Source: Antedon mediterranea
Lineage: Eukaryota > Animalia > Echinodermata
DNA: 64,000 nt
Assembly (NCBI RefSeq): GCF_964355755.1
Contig: NC_092672.1
Span: 36,462,437-36,526,436 of the forward strand
Reading direction: 5' to 3'
In this document: piece by piece, positions 42,901 through 57,900 of the stretch
Numbering within the stretch: the stretch's first letter is position 1
How the letters are laid out: every line of letters starts with the position of its first letter
Program-made: the position numbers and the translations under genes
Notes under the pieces: generated by a model
Databases searched by the model: none
What the model saw: only the letters and a program-made list of their open reading frames with translations
What the model was told of the DNA's origin: nothing

Positions 42901-45900
42901 TAGTGATATGCCGAAATATGGTAGTAATATGACACATCATGTCCATATATGGGCACATTCATGTTTTTGTCACATAAATAAAGTTTGATAGAGCTTTAGG
43001 ACCTTTCTCTCTTTTCTTCCTCAAAGAATAAATTTGTGCAGTTTGAAGGCCATACAACAATCAGATCATAACTTAATATACAGTGGCAGTAGATCATTAT
43101 GAATAAAGCAATTTCTTATTGGTTATAATCCCTGGTGCCAAATAATATTTAATAGCAAATATTTTATAAATTCATAAAATAATTGAAGATACAGTCCCAT
43201 ACACATCTGGGAATACATATTGGAATTTATCCATGCATCAATTTGAATAGAATATTCTGTAGTTTGGAGGTACTGTATACTATGTTTGTTATTTTCATAA
43301 CATTGTGTTTATCAAACGCTATCATGCATTCTCTAAAATTTATAAACAATTGCACTAAAAATATTCAAATTTTGTACATTATCAAACCTGCAATCCATAT
43401 GTGTACGTGACCTTTAAGGTCGTTCCGCAAACTGATGATGTATACATTCTTGCTAGACATTATAGATTTGTGGTGGATATTCTTACTAGTACAGTTAGCA
43501 CCCTGAGGCGTGGTACGTCTCATGTTGCGGAGTCAAGTGAAGTAATGCTATAAATGATTTCCAATTCTAATTTTGTTCAGTTGTTGATTTTTAACCGTAT
43601 GTAAAGGACGACGGTGATAATCTTATGCTGAATTTGAAAAAAATTGGTTTTTGTGTACTTGGAATAAATTTTAGCCATATTTAGAATCGGTTAACTTGGA
43701 TACACTGTACGTACTCAGAGAAGGCTAGAGTATAACATGCCGTACCATAGGCTAGACTTTGTGGACATGTTCCCACAACACGCTGGTGGGCCATCTATCC
43801 ATTTAATGGTTCAATCTATTAAGGATTTGAGAGTGTTCACAAAAAAACAGGTGTGTAGAATTGATTTAGAATTATGATAACTGTTTGTTCAGATGACATG
43901 TCTCTGGTAGTATATGACATTAATGTGTTGTACACAGTAGATACTTTCTTTAGCTTTGTATGATTTCAGTAGTTTAAAAGTACAGCTAGTGTAAACATTG
44001 CTTGACAATTATAATGAAAAATTGAGTAAATTGTAGTATTTATTAATATTTAAAGTATAGTAAAAAAAAGGCATGCGGCTCCAAAAAATTAAGAGGGGCC
44101 AGAACATGAAACTAACATTTGATTTGTGTTTGACCTGATCGGTTGAACCATAACTAATTTGTTATATTATGTGGATAATAATGGTACAATATTTTTGTGG
44201 CATGTGTGACATAGACCTGCATACTGTTGTTATTGACCTCTGAGGTCAAATACTCGTTTTACATGAGCTGATACAAATGTTAATGATTACTACATCTACA
44301 ATTTCAACTATTTTTAATCATCAAGTTTCATTGATTATTGTGTGTATTTCATTGTATTACTTAACATTAAACAAGGGCTAATATTTAAATCAAATGTCTA
44401 TTTGTCAAATCTTAAAAACAAAAACTGTTAACAATTAAGAATTTAGAAAAGTAGAATTTTTTTTAAATAGTTGTCTATAGTATTACGTGACTAGTTTACC
44501 TGGATGAACCGACATAGGCCTTTTTCCCTTCAAGGGAAGAACATAACCGAAAAGTAAAAATTGATTCATGAACTCCCCTCCAAGATAGTGGCATCACCCA
44601 TGCGCCACGCCCTCAGGTGGCGGCATCGCCCATGCATACTGTACCTCTCCATTTATTTGGAGAGAGAACAATAGAACCTAATAGTTTACTTTAATAAGTT
44701 TATTACTATACTGTATTTGTCTGAACATGGAGATATAAAATAAGCCTGAATTGATATGCTGAGTGAGTACAGTATATTTCCTATCCTTGATAGAATCTGT
44801 CCGATATCCCCGTGCATCTTGTTTGATTGAATCAACATAGGCTGGTGAATGACTTTGATTTTTAGCTGTACTGTAGGCCTATTTTGCAGATGGTGATTCT
44901 TTGTTAATGTTACTGTACATAGATGATTGTAATTGCCCCATACATTGACTAAAACTTAAATAGATCAGGGGTCTACTTTTTTAAATGTTTCAATCTCAGT
45001 TTGTTTGTAGAAATTACTGTCAACTTTCGTAAAGCTCCATCTACACTATCAAACTTTATGTGACAAAATCTATGACGTGCCCATATATGGACATGATGAT
45101 GTCATAACACTACCATATTTGAGCATATCACTACCATGTTTAGGCACACTTTTTTTGTCGAACTAGTTTGATAGTGTGTAGACAGAGCTGTAGAGGATAA
45201 AAGTAATTTGTATATTGGACCATGGTGGTATAGATTCTTAATATTTAAAAATATACAGCTATGATTTTGGGAAGTTTAGGGCTTGGAATGTTTTAAGAAA
45301 GTTTACTGAGGGCTTCAGTTTGTCTGGTTTTTGTAAAGTAGACAGAACATTTGTAACAATGTTACGGTATGGCCAAATTTTAAAAGTTTAAATCTATGAA
45401 ATTACAAAATGAATATCTTATCAGTATACACTGAGGATACAGTGTATGTACTGTATGATAAAAGTATCTAAGATTTTAAACAAAGAACAAATATTGAGTA
45501 TGATTATGAAAAAAAATGAATAGATTAAAGATTAATGATGCTTTACACAGACTGTCTTTTTATTGTACACTCTCTTTAAAATTTTGAATTTCTATACACT
45601 GAATAAATTATGTAAATTAGGTTTAGTTATTGAATATATAAAGCGTGCCTGTATATTGATGTGCTAGTTGTAGAGTAATTTGTGTGTGGTTTAACAAAGA
45701 AATAAAGACATACCAAAGTTTAGTTATGTTTTTATCACATTCAATCAAATTAATGAAAAGTTCCTCTTTGAAATAATTATTTTTTGTAAAGTTATCATTT
45801 TAATAAAAAAATTGGTATTACTGTACAAACTGTACTCTTTGTCCTATACCTATTTTACTGTACTTACCTGTAGCCTTGCAAAACTCCAGTGTTACAAACA

Positions 45901-48900
45901 CCAGGGCACACACCATACAAACTGCTGGTGTTGACACCCCGCTGTGTGTAAACTTCTAAGTTTTTAAGGCGATAAATTAAATGAAAGCGTTATGACTGTA
46001 AAACGATGGGTTAAATATCAGGAAATTGTAAATTTTTTGTTTGATTTTTAACCCCCAAATTCTTTTTTGTTTTTCTTTTTTTGAGGAATTTATAACATGC
46101 AATATTATATCATGACTGTATATGTACAGTAGCGCTTTTCCTTTTATGCAGTATACTGGACTTTTACATTAACAAATATGTTCTGAATTGATAGCGGACA
46201 ATTCAATGTTAATAAATTGATATATAACATTGAGACTTGGACTTTAGTTTATGAATTATGTCTATATTGTCCATCTGTACATTCTCTTAATGACCTATTA
46301 TTCCATTCTGTAATCTAACAAGGTCAATATCACTGGACAATGTGATGACCTCCATTCAAAAATTTGCGAAGAGACTTTGGATATTGCCAATATACTGTAC
46401 AGCTGTACCCTACAGTACATACTATGTACAGTAACACAGGCCTTGTCTTTTAAGGCGAGCGAGTGCGATCACTCACCTAACACACTCCTAAACTGCCCTT
46501 GAGGAGTGCGATTTACAACATACCTAAATTTTGTAAACTTCTACACATCAACATACAAACAGGACACCTACAGCATCAGTATTGAGGAGTGCAATTTGTA
46601 GCACACCTATGATTTTCAAAAGACAAAGCCTGGTAACAAAGTCTGTAACAGTATAGAAAAAATAAATTGCTTACATTACAATTACATTGTTATGATAATA
46701 ATAACTTGATTGTTTCTTTCTTTCAGACTACCAGCATTACTAAGGCTATCAACAGTCAGGAAGTACCAGTCAAAGAGAAACATGTTAGGAGTATCCTTCA
46801 CAATCCACTTCAGTTATTTCTTTCGATATCGGTTGCTATTTAAATCTGTACATTGTTTTTGTAAAATGAACTTTAATATTGTTTAATCTAATTACATCTT
46901 GTAAAGGTAAAACAAAACCCCTCTAGTGCCAGTCTTATTCTCCCTATCTAAAATTTAACAGTAACTTTCTCCATTCTATCTCAAACATAACAGTCGTCAA
47001 CACTATCTGTTCATACTCAACATCAATTTAGATGTGGGCTTCCCACTTACTGTACTCTCATACTATAAAGATCTGTCTACACTATCAAACTAATTTGACA
47101 AACAATTTGAAGTGCCCAAATATGGTAGTGATATACCCAAATTTGTTAGTGATATGACATCATCATGTCCATATATATACATCACATTTTTTTGTCACTA
47201 AAAGTTAGATAGTGTAGACAGAGCTTTAGAACAAAAGAAATCAATAGGTCTCACTTTAGGCAACAATGATAAGAACTGTTAAGTTATCACCTTAACCCTG
47301 CATAGATGTTATCATTGGTTCGTTTCAAGAGAAGGGAGCTTCAACGTTTTGGACAGTTGTGACCCGCTTACCAAAACAAGGCAACCCAATCGTTTGCTGG
47401 AAGTTCTGTCATACGTTGCACAAATTAATGAGGGAAGGACATGAGCACGTAAGTTGAGGACGACATTCAGTTGCTATCTAACCGATGTATCACTCACATT
47501 GCATTGTTTTGCCTATTTAATACCTGGATAAACCAACATAGACCATTTACCCTGAGAAGAATAAAAGTGAATAGTATTTAACATTAACTAATACCCCTCC
47601 AAGACCTTGTTCTACTTTGTGCTTGACTTACCTGGATAAACTGACAATAGCCTTTCTCCTCTAAAATCGAGATATAACTCCAAAAAATTAGAACTTTTCA
47701 TTGAACACCCCTCTCCACAAATGGTATCGCCTGTGAGGTGTACCCTCATGTGGGTGACCCTGACAATACTGTACATACCATACCATTTATTTTCAAGATG
47801 TAGAAACATTTAATATTTCTTTTTGTAGGTTGTAAAAGATTCTCAGAAACATTCTGAGCACATATCAGACCTGGGCAGTATGTGGGTAAGTTGTTAATTG
47901 CATGAGTATACAATTAATGTATGTATTTAAATGTACTATCAAACTCTGTCATCACTATCAAACTTTATGTGACAACAAAGTGTGATGTGCCCATATATGG
48001 ACATGATGATGTCATATCACTACCATATTTGGGTATATCACACTTTTTGACTAGTTTGATAGTGTAGACAGAGCTTTAAAGCCACTCACTCACGCACCTA
48101 TGGTTGCTATTTGGCTATCTGGTCTCTAGATCTCTGGTTGTTTAGCCTGTGTCTTCTTGAAGTTGATGATATGATATGTCATCATAGGCCTTCCCACCTT
48201 CCTCTTCCCTTGAGTAGACCTCCAGGTAATTAAGTCGAAAACAACCCTTTCTTTCTGCGTTTTCCAAATTTGGAAGACTGCTGTATTAAAGCCAACAACG
48301 GTTTTCAGTGTCAATTTTAATTGTTGTTTAGGGACATATGCAAGAAGGATATAGTAAGTTAATAAATGCGTATTGTTCCCTTCTGGTCACCAAGTTGGAA
48401 TTTCATAAAAAGGTAAGAATACGATACATTTATATAACCAATTTGACTATATTGTCCTATCCATGCTCTTTTGTCACATGGTACAAATATTTTTTGTTTA
48501 AAACCATGTTAAATATTGATTTATTGTGTTTTTTTCTCAAATCCTGATTACACACACTATTTGAATATGTAGATAGTGCTTTGAGAGTTACTGTAGGGGA
48601 AAATGGCAAAAGACTTCCTACTTTCTAGGAGTTTTATCAGATAATCTATATTTTATTTTATTTAATTCGGACACTTTGCCTTCAGTGTGACATGACCACA
48701 GTGCTGATTTTGCCATTTTTTCCCAAACTGTTGAGAAATATAGATATTTGTTATCAAACAATCATTATTGGATTTATTCTTATGTTTATCCCACTCACAT
48801 CCAAAATACTGCTGACGCCCATCGACGAGACATTGTACAAACGACTTTAGGCCCACATATGTTGCTGGATGCTCTTTGTTTATGATATCTAGTCTGTGTT

Positions 48901-51900
48901 TTGATAAAGCCCAGCGGAAGCTATCTTGTGTCCTCTTGATCTCTGTTATATACATCAATTGCATTTCATCTTTTAATTGCACTCCCTGAGGGGCGTACAT
49001 AGAAAGGAGACATGAGCCATAATCTATTTATAACTTATTTATGGGAAAATAATATTTGAATATTAAAGAATAACTTTAATATTTAATTTTTTATTTTTAA
49101 TGTTGGACTTTGTTTTATAGACTAAATGCATAATTAATTCAAAACAATTATGGTGTGTATAATGTTTTTTCAGTATCCAACTTTTCCGGGAAACTTAGCT
49201 TTTGCAGATGTTGAGAAAGCTCTTGAAAAACTCGCTGAGAACGAAATAAATAATTAGTAAGTATTTTCTGAGAAGCATTTCATTCTCAACAAACTTTGAT
49301 TGTCTGCTATTTTTACAGTAAAAAGCCCCAACATACAGTAACAGTAATTCACTTAAAAGAAGTCATATTTCATAAGTGAAATCAAATATGAAATCAATCT
49401 TAATAAACCTGCCAAAAAACATTGTACACCTTTCCAATAACAATAACACACACAACAAATAATTAAAAATAAGTTGCAAGTTTGCAAAATATAATTGGTC
49501 TAAAGTGATGTTTTAATTTGTTGTTTCAGCTTCCAGTTGTGTGTTGATATTTTTGATTACCTAGATGGTCTTATCAATACACAAGACACAAGTAGGTATC
49601 ATTTGAAATAATTAATTAAAATATCAAAATTGTCATATTGTCAAAAATATGATTAAATCATCCTGTGCAAGTAACCATGCATTACAATTGGTATGAGGTA
49701 AAATAGTACCTCTAGTATAATGTGGTTATATCAATCAATTGACCCTCTTTTTAATGTATAAAGCATGGTTATAGTATTTGTAGGCCACCAGTGGTTTTTG
49801 GTAAGCTGCCCTCCACCACAGGAAGGTCATGAAGTTTAAATTCGGAAGCATTAGATCTTAAGATCACTTCCTGTTAAAGCAAATGTATGCTTACAGATTG
49901 CTTCCAGGTGCCTTTCTTTCTGCTTTATATATGCTTTTTTAGGTAGCTTATCACTACGCATCAGTTTATATTATTACAATACGTTTTTTTAAATTTTTTT
50001 TCCTCAATGCCATTTGTAAATTACTCATATTCCATGTTGGAATAAAACTGTCAATGAAACTGAAAATAAATATTTATTATTAATCATAATTACGGTATTA
50101 TTAATATCAATTTTATCATGCAAATGTTTTAAATTTCTAAATTTGTCTCTTCCTAGTAATTTATTCACTGGCACTGCTAATAATCTTAATAAGGAAGAAC
50201 ATTTTGCATATTACATCGGAAGTCTTTAAAATCGTTTTTTGACAACTAACGTTTATTGAATTAAAAACACATTTTTCTCTCAATATTTCCTTATTGGCAA
50301 TTTAGTTAATGGTTTAAATCTTTTCCTGACAAGACAGCAATTTTATTGTTCAAAAGAATTAAAAGGAGACTTATTCAAGATGTCAAAAGAAAAGTTGTTG
50401 ATGATCCATCTCGCTCCCTATTTAGGGGGCGCTTTCCTGTGAAACGAATAACCTATGTGTCCCCTTAATAGACGTTCTACTGTGTGTTCATTAAAGAAAT
50501 ATAACTATGTTTTATTTGCAGTCTTTGGCTCATTTGATCTTTCCAAGAGCATATCAATGACAAACTCAGGCCAATGTCGATTATCACCTCTCATACCTAT
50601 CATCCAAGACTGCAGCCATCTTTACGATTACAGTGTTCGACTTATGTTTAAGCTACATGCATGTAAGTTTGTCTAGTACCCTGCTTAAGCTCTGTCTACA
50701 CTATCAAATTAGTTTGACAAAAAAAAGTGTGATGTGCCAAAATAAGGTAGTGATATGACATCATGTCGATGTGCACATCACATTTTTTTCACATATAGTT
50801 TGATAGTATAGACAGAGCTTTACCATACCATATTTTTTTTTGTTTTTTTACATTAAATGCAAGATTCTAAAAGATTTGATGTGTTTGTTGGGTCAACATT
50901 ACTATTCAACTAAATTTGTCTACACTATCAAACTAGTTTGACAAAACAAGTGTGATGTGCCCAAATATGCTAGTGATGTGCCCAAATATGCTAGTGATGT
51001 GCCCAAATAGGCTAGTGATATGCCCAAATATGCTAGTGATGTGCCAAAATATGCTAGTGATGTGCCCAAATAGGCTAGTGATGTGCCCAAATATGCTAGT
51101 GATGTGCCCAAATAGGCTAGTGATGTGCCAAAATATGCTAGTGATGTGCCCAAATAGGCTAGTGATGTGCCAAAATATGCTAGTGATGTGCCCAAATAGG
51201 CTAGTGATATGCCCAAATATGCTAGTGATGTGCCCAAATATGCTAGTGATATGCCATCAGCATGTCCATATATGGGCATATCATATTTTTATAGTGTATA
51301 CATAGCTTTAGCCTTTTTTTTTTATTTTAAAAGTAAATTACCTGCATATTTTTTTTAAATAATGAAAATATATTTGATGTTATTTAAAATGACAAAAAAT
51401 CCTCCTTATTTAAAAATAATAATAATTTAAAATAATAATAATTTAAAATAATAATAATTTAAAATAATAATAATTTAAAATATATTTACCATTAAACTAT
51501 ATATTCTTAGAGTTCTTTTTTCAAAATTATAAATAAATTATCTGCTCATTTTTAAATAATGAAAAACTATTTTATGTTATTTAAAATGACAAAATCCTCC
51601 TTATGCTAATAACAAATTTAAAATATATTTGTGTTAATAGGTTTGCCAGCTGACATTTTAGATGGACACCGTGACCGTTTCAAGAAGCAGTTTGACTCCC
51701 TCAAGTCGTGTTTCTTACGAGTTAAAAACCTCATGTATTTTAGGAGATTAATCCAAGTGCCAACATTACCTGATGTAAGTATCATCTTGTTCATGTTAAG
51801 TACCTTCTTGTTCACGCTAAGTAGTTTATTTTTTCAGACTATATTAGGTTTTTTTTCCTCATGCCAAGGCCACATTTATTCGTCAAATAAGGTTTATAAT

Positions 51901-54900
51901 TAATACAGAATATTAATTTTTGTTTTATTTCACCTTATTTATAGAGGGTGACCCTAGACAGAGTATGCTAACAACCAGGGGCCCCTCTTGATGAGTTATG
52001 ATAAGTGTCTGTGTGTGACAGTGGCTGTGTGTGTACTCGTACACCAGGGTAACTCCTTACTCATCTCGAAAGATGTACTAGGTTCATGAATCAAATGTGT
52101 ACACTGGACCATGTATGCTTATAAATAAAAATACAAATAAGAAACATAGTATGTCAAGTGCATATTTGAGTTTATGATGATCACTAAATATTGACTTAAT
52201 ATTTAATTGTCATTTATTAGAAAATACAGTAAAAAAAAAACCACATTACCAAAGAAATAGTAAGTTAAGTACTTATCATGGAGTAATGGTGCTATATTCT
52301 GTCATTTAATGAAGTCTAGTTCTTTTATTACAAAGAATATTTAGGAGGAAAAATTTTACTATATGCATTTTAAATTTCTTTTTATTTCAGAGTCCTCCAA
52401 ACTTCTTCATCAAAACGACAGATTACAGCCATCATTACACGCCAGCCGTCGTCTTGCAAGGTGGTGATGTAGAATCGGAAACAATGAGTGTTACAAGTCA
52501 CGAAAGTCCACCTGTAAGCAAATTAATTTAAATTTTATGCAAAGTAGAAATATTTGAGTATAATTGTAAGATTTGAGTATAATTGTAAGCATAATGAGTA
52601 CCCAGGGTTGATTGAAGCTAAGTTTCATTTTACTTAGATCATTACCTTATTCATTACCAATTAATGTAATGTACCTGTAGACCATGTGACACATACGGTC
52701 ACCATTTGTAAAATGAATAGCTTGTCATAAATATCAAAACACTACATGCAGCCAATTAGTAGAACCCCTATTAGGAGGACACCTTGGAGGCTGTCCCTTT
52801 AATAGGGTATAATATGGTTGGTTGAGTGGAGCTGTAGCTTGGTGGTTATGATGCTTGGCTACCAATCTAAGGGTCCTGTCATATGTCAGGGTTTTTTTCT
52901 CATGACAAATTACAACTCCACTCCCAAAGACTTAATAATAAGTCTTTGTTTATGTAGAGCATCTTGTGTATATGTTTGTCTTGTGAACAGGATTGCCACC
53001 TTTAAGAAGGATAGTGAATGAATTCACTTGTGGTAATCCTTGGCAATTTGCCTAAAATGAGAATTAAAAAAAAACAAAACATATATGGCTCTTGTTTGTG
53101 TCATAAGAATGTGTCCACTTAATAGCTGTAACTCAAAAGAAAGGGTTGTAATGTATAATATATACAAACATCTCACATTATGTTGGATGTATTCAATTTT
53201 CTGGTTTTACTTTATTTTCAGTAGCATCTTTGTATATGTGCCCATATTTTCTAATCTTTTTTTCCCCATTTTCCATTAGAGTCCTCGAGAATCAACGTTT
53301 TTTGACGACACCAGCTTCCAAGATCTGCTAGTGGATGTAGATGCTGCCCAGCAGAATGGTCAGTTCAATTCACCACCACCAAGAGATGACCGGTAATGAC
53401 CAATTTATTTAGACAATATGTGTAAAAATACTAGTATACTTATTTTACATTTTTCTTATTTTCCTTTTAAATTAACAATATAATTATTTTATTGTTTGTT
53501 TAGGGATTGGTTGATTGACCAACTGAGGCAAGAGATTAGTAACTTAAAGTTTGAACTTGAGCGAGTGAAAAAAGACGACCAGAGAATCATGGATGATATG
53601 AAGAAAAAGCTGATGGACTTAACGAGACAACTAGAGGAGTATCGATCTATAGGAAGACAAATGGTTGATGTAAGTTCTGTTCTAGAATTTGCCTGCTTGT
53701 CTTAAGTGCATATTTTAATATTTTCATTTAAATAAAATCAATCTATCAATTCAATTTATTCCATAAAACTAAGGATATGTACATCATATATATATATATG
53801 TTTATTATTTCCGACTTAGACACAATGTAATGACATAAGCGCAAGTAATTTTACCAATCACAATGGGATGGATCACCTGATTATCCAAGTGGGAACCAAA
53901 CTTAAGCCTCCTATTATTTTTAAATATTGTCTTCAACTCTGTGTACTTGTACTACTAAAGCTCTGTATCAAACTAGTTTGACAAAAAAAGTGTGATGTGC
54001 AAAAATATGGTAGTGATATGCCCAAATATGGTAGTGATATGCCCAAATATGGTAGTGATATAACATCATGTCTATATATGGGCACATCACATTTTTTTGT
54101 CACATAAAGTTTGATAGTGTAGATAGAGCTTTAGTTGGTACTCTACAACACTGGTATTATGATATTGATATTTTGCGCAATGTGTACTGAAATACATCTA
54201 CCAAATTTGACTTAATTATTTTACTTTTATTTATTATTATTGATCTTGTTTGTAGGAGAATCGAACTATGAAGCAACAACTTGAAGAAGTGTTGACGAAC
54301 TCTGACAATATTAATGCGGTCAAGGAACACGCTGTGAAAAGTGAGAGTAAGTATTAAAACTAAAAATTAAAAAATTAGAAATCTGGGTTGAGTTCAGATT
54401 GTATACTAAAGCTTTGTTACACTATCAAACTTTATGTGACAAAACAATGTGATATAACCATATATGGACATGATGATGTCATATCACTACCATATTTGGG
54501 CATATCACTACATAATTTAGGCATATCACATTATCAACATAAAGTTTGATAGTGCAGCCAAAGCTTTTACGGTTGGTGTATTATATCAGAATATCGTATA
54601 TTGTATCTGTGCTAGAAACATGATCTTCTAATATTGTCTTACATTTTTTAGACAAAGCTAGGGTGTATGAAGATAAATTTGTTAAAATGAAAGAGGTTTA
54701 TGGCAAGTTAAGAGAAGAACACATTAATTTAATAAGAAAGGTACCTTTTTATTATTTTTGCTATTTATAATTTTTTTTGTATCAATACATTACTAATGTA
54801 TTTAGGTTGATCAATATTATATATATATCAGTAGAACCCCTCATTTAGATATCCGTATTCAAAGACACCCCTAATTAAGAAACGCTGAGAAAAAAACGGG

Positions 54901-57900
54901 GCACAATATATTTTTCACATTTACAGATGTCTCTATTAAGGGAACACTTTGGTTGATCTTGGAGATTAATTTTAATTAATTAATCTTTAATAATAAAAGT
55001 TTATTTAATACATTTTGGAGGTATCCCCTTACTAGAAGTTTGAATGTAAAACATTATGTTTAAATTTACTTTTACTTCATACATTATTTGTGTGTTTTAT
55101 TTACAAGTTCAAAACAATAAGATAAAAAAAGATGATTTAATTGGTTTGTCTGTACTCTGTAGAATGCTGATGTTAACAAGCAATTGACAACGTATTCAAA
55201 GTCCGCGGAAGAAACAGAGTTTGCTAAACGAGAATCCGAAGTGTTGGTTCAATCATTACAGAGGGCGGTAGACGACAGGACATCTGAAGAAGAGGCACTA
55301 CGAAGGAAACTGGAACAACAAAGAAAACAAATATTTGGTAACTAGAATTGTTATATTTGATTGAAATAAGAATTGTTATTGTAAAGTAATTCACACAGAA
55401 AATGTGACATTAATCGGCAACTAGCAAGAATTTGTTTAATACATTACAGTTCATATTTACCAGTCTACTAGATCTCTTAGATCAGGTGGCCAATGTCTGC
55501 TAGTTTGATTTTGATTTATTCAATATCGACTAGTTGTTCCTAAGACTAGACTAGGACATCTACTATGGTGGAAGAGCTTCTGCTGTGGCAGCTCCAACTC
55601 TGTGGAATTCCCTACCAATTTCAATCAGCCACTCTAAACTCTTCAAGACCCAGTTGAAGCCTTTCCTTTTCAAACAAAACTTTAATTTAAATTATTGCCA
55701 TCGTCTATTTTAATTTATGTACAGCACATTGAGAGATTTTTTATGTGCGATATATAAGAATGAACTATTTATTATTATTTATTAAAATAATATTTTAATT
55801 TGATAGTTGCTGCTATGCAAGAGGCTGAGGAGAATCTTCTTCGTGTTTTAACTCAAATGGACGACCCACAGTTTGCTGGCAGCACCTGTACTGCTGGTAT
55901 GTTTCGATTCATCACATGAGTTACTTTTTATTTCAATTAATATTTGTTTTTTATGATCGTTTAACTGAGGATTGTATAATGAAACATAATTTTATATTCC
56001 ATAGAATATTTCTTAACACGGTGTGATTCTGCTCAGAAATCTTTATCAACGTTACAAGATAGCTACAAAAATTACTATGGTAACAAAGAAGGTAAGATGG
56101 ATCATGACTTTATTAGGTTTACTAACATTATATTAAAATATAACATTGTATGTTGAATCACTACATTATTACAGATTTTGAAAAATGATTTTTACTGTCT
56201 TAAAATATTATTTTGTGTTTTTTTCCTGCAAAAAGTTCATTATAATAATGTTGTAATTGTAGATTAAAACAACAAAATGTATCAATATTGAGTTGATTTT
56301 TCAGAGTTGGAGAGTTTGGTTAGAAGTCTTTCAACGTTTTCCAACTCAATTGGTGAATTCCTTCTTCTGGGGAAGTCTGCATCTCACATGGCTCCGCTTG
56401 ACTTAGGAGAAGGTATACTATGACAAAATATAGTCTAGAATTTGCATTTCTGCTATAAATAGTTACAAATATGATTGGTAAACTTATACATTCATTGATT
56501 TGTTTTCTACAGCTTTAGCAAATTCATGTCGCAGCGGAGGACAAACTTGTTTGGATTTTCTGGGCGTTATGAGGATTGAGAGCAGCGTAGATAACACGCA
56601 ACGGCACAAGTCAAAGGCTGAAGATCAACTTCAAGCCATCATCCAGGCAGCTCAGGTACGTGTATTTCTACATGTTCCGGGGAAAGCATTCAAATATCAA
56701 GGTTTCATCAAATACAATAATCTTGTAGAAAAAAACGAAATTTGATGAAGAAAGATAAAATGATAAATTATTTATGATAAAATAACTATCCTTTTTATTT
56801 CATAGTTAATGATTTTATCTAACATATTCTCTTTTTTATTTTCTGTTTTAAAATTATAATAATTTCAGAATATTATACAGGTAATAATGAACAAGTATTT
56901 AAATCAGAAATACAATCATCTCAATACAATACTAAGAATAGACTAACCATTGACTTGACCAAAACAAGCATGTTAACTAATTACATCATAACAAACACAG
57001 TAATTTACCAAAAAAAGTAAATAATTTAGAAAGCTGGCAATGCTTTATGGGAATAGTGTTTGTATCAATAAAAAATAAATAATCAATATGGTGATTGGTA
57101 TAAGCTTTAGTTTTTGGCTCATGGTGCTTTTAAAGATGTGGATTTGATACCGGAAAATGCGCATTTGTTATAAATACATAGAAGGGGGGTACCCCGGTGT
57201 ACTAGTTCATACAGCCACTGTCATGGACAGAGAGAGCGACGCAAATGGCTGCAGGACATGACAAGACCCTTAGGGGAGAAACTTGTTATTGAAAATGTAA
57301 CATCTAGTCCACTGTGCCTTGAGCACTTTAGTGGATAAACGCTTTATAAATCTTATATTATCTTAATGCTAATGTTAATTACATGAAAGGGTGAATCATA
57401 TTAATAATAACATACTTTACCTGTTTTAACATAAAGTTTAAAATGCATGTACGTAATTTGATAATATGGTAGACTATTAGGATTTGGTTAATAAAATAAG
57501 ATTTTTTACATTACCCTAAAACATTTTAGTATAATATTATTTTTGCTTGTAGGAGTTGCTACCCAAGGAAGCAGATATCAAGGCAGAGCTTGGAGACATT
57601 GTAGATCAAGAAATGCAAAATACCACCGAGGCTATTGATAAGGCTACTGCAAGAATTGAGGTTAGAATAAGTTGTTTGTGGTTTTCATACTGAATGTGTA
57701 TTTGATTTGTTAATACATTAGAACTCTTATTAGGGAGACATATCCCAGACCCAACCATGTTTACTCTTGGGCTTGGCTGTAGTGTTGAAACAATACCATC
57801 CCCTCACAAATAATAATAATAAATAATAAATTTGGATTTTTTAGCACATAATACATAAAGCCTCTATGCGCTTACATAAAAATAAAAGTAATCCGTGAAA

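Noticed and set aside
48662-49000. 112-aa antisense ORF in a HIP1 intron
   Set aside because: No recognisable motif; it runs into a MITE and looks like decayed repeat sequence.
50920-51305. Repetitive ORFs (SLAYLGT)n and (MCPNMLV)n, also 61388-61631; superficially CRISPR-like arrays
   Set aside because: Head-to-tail 21-bp repeats inside MITE TIRs with no unique spacers and no cas genes; the frames are open only because 21 is a multiple of 3.
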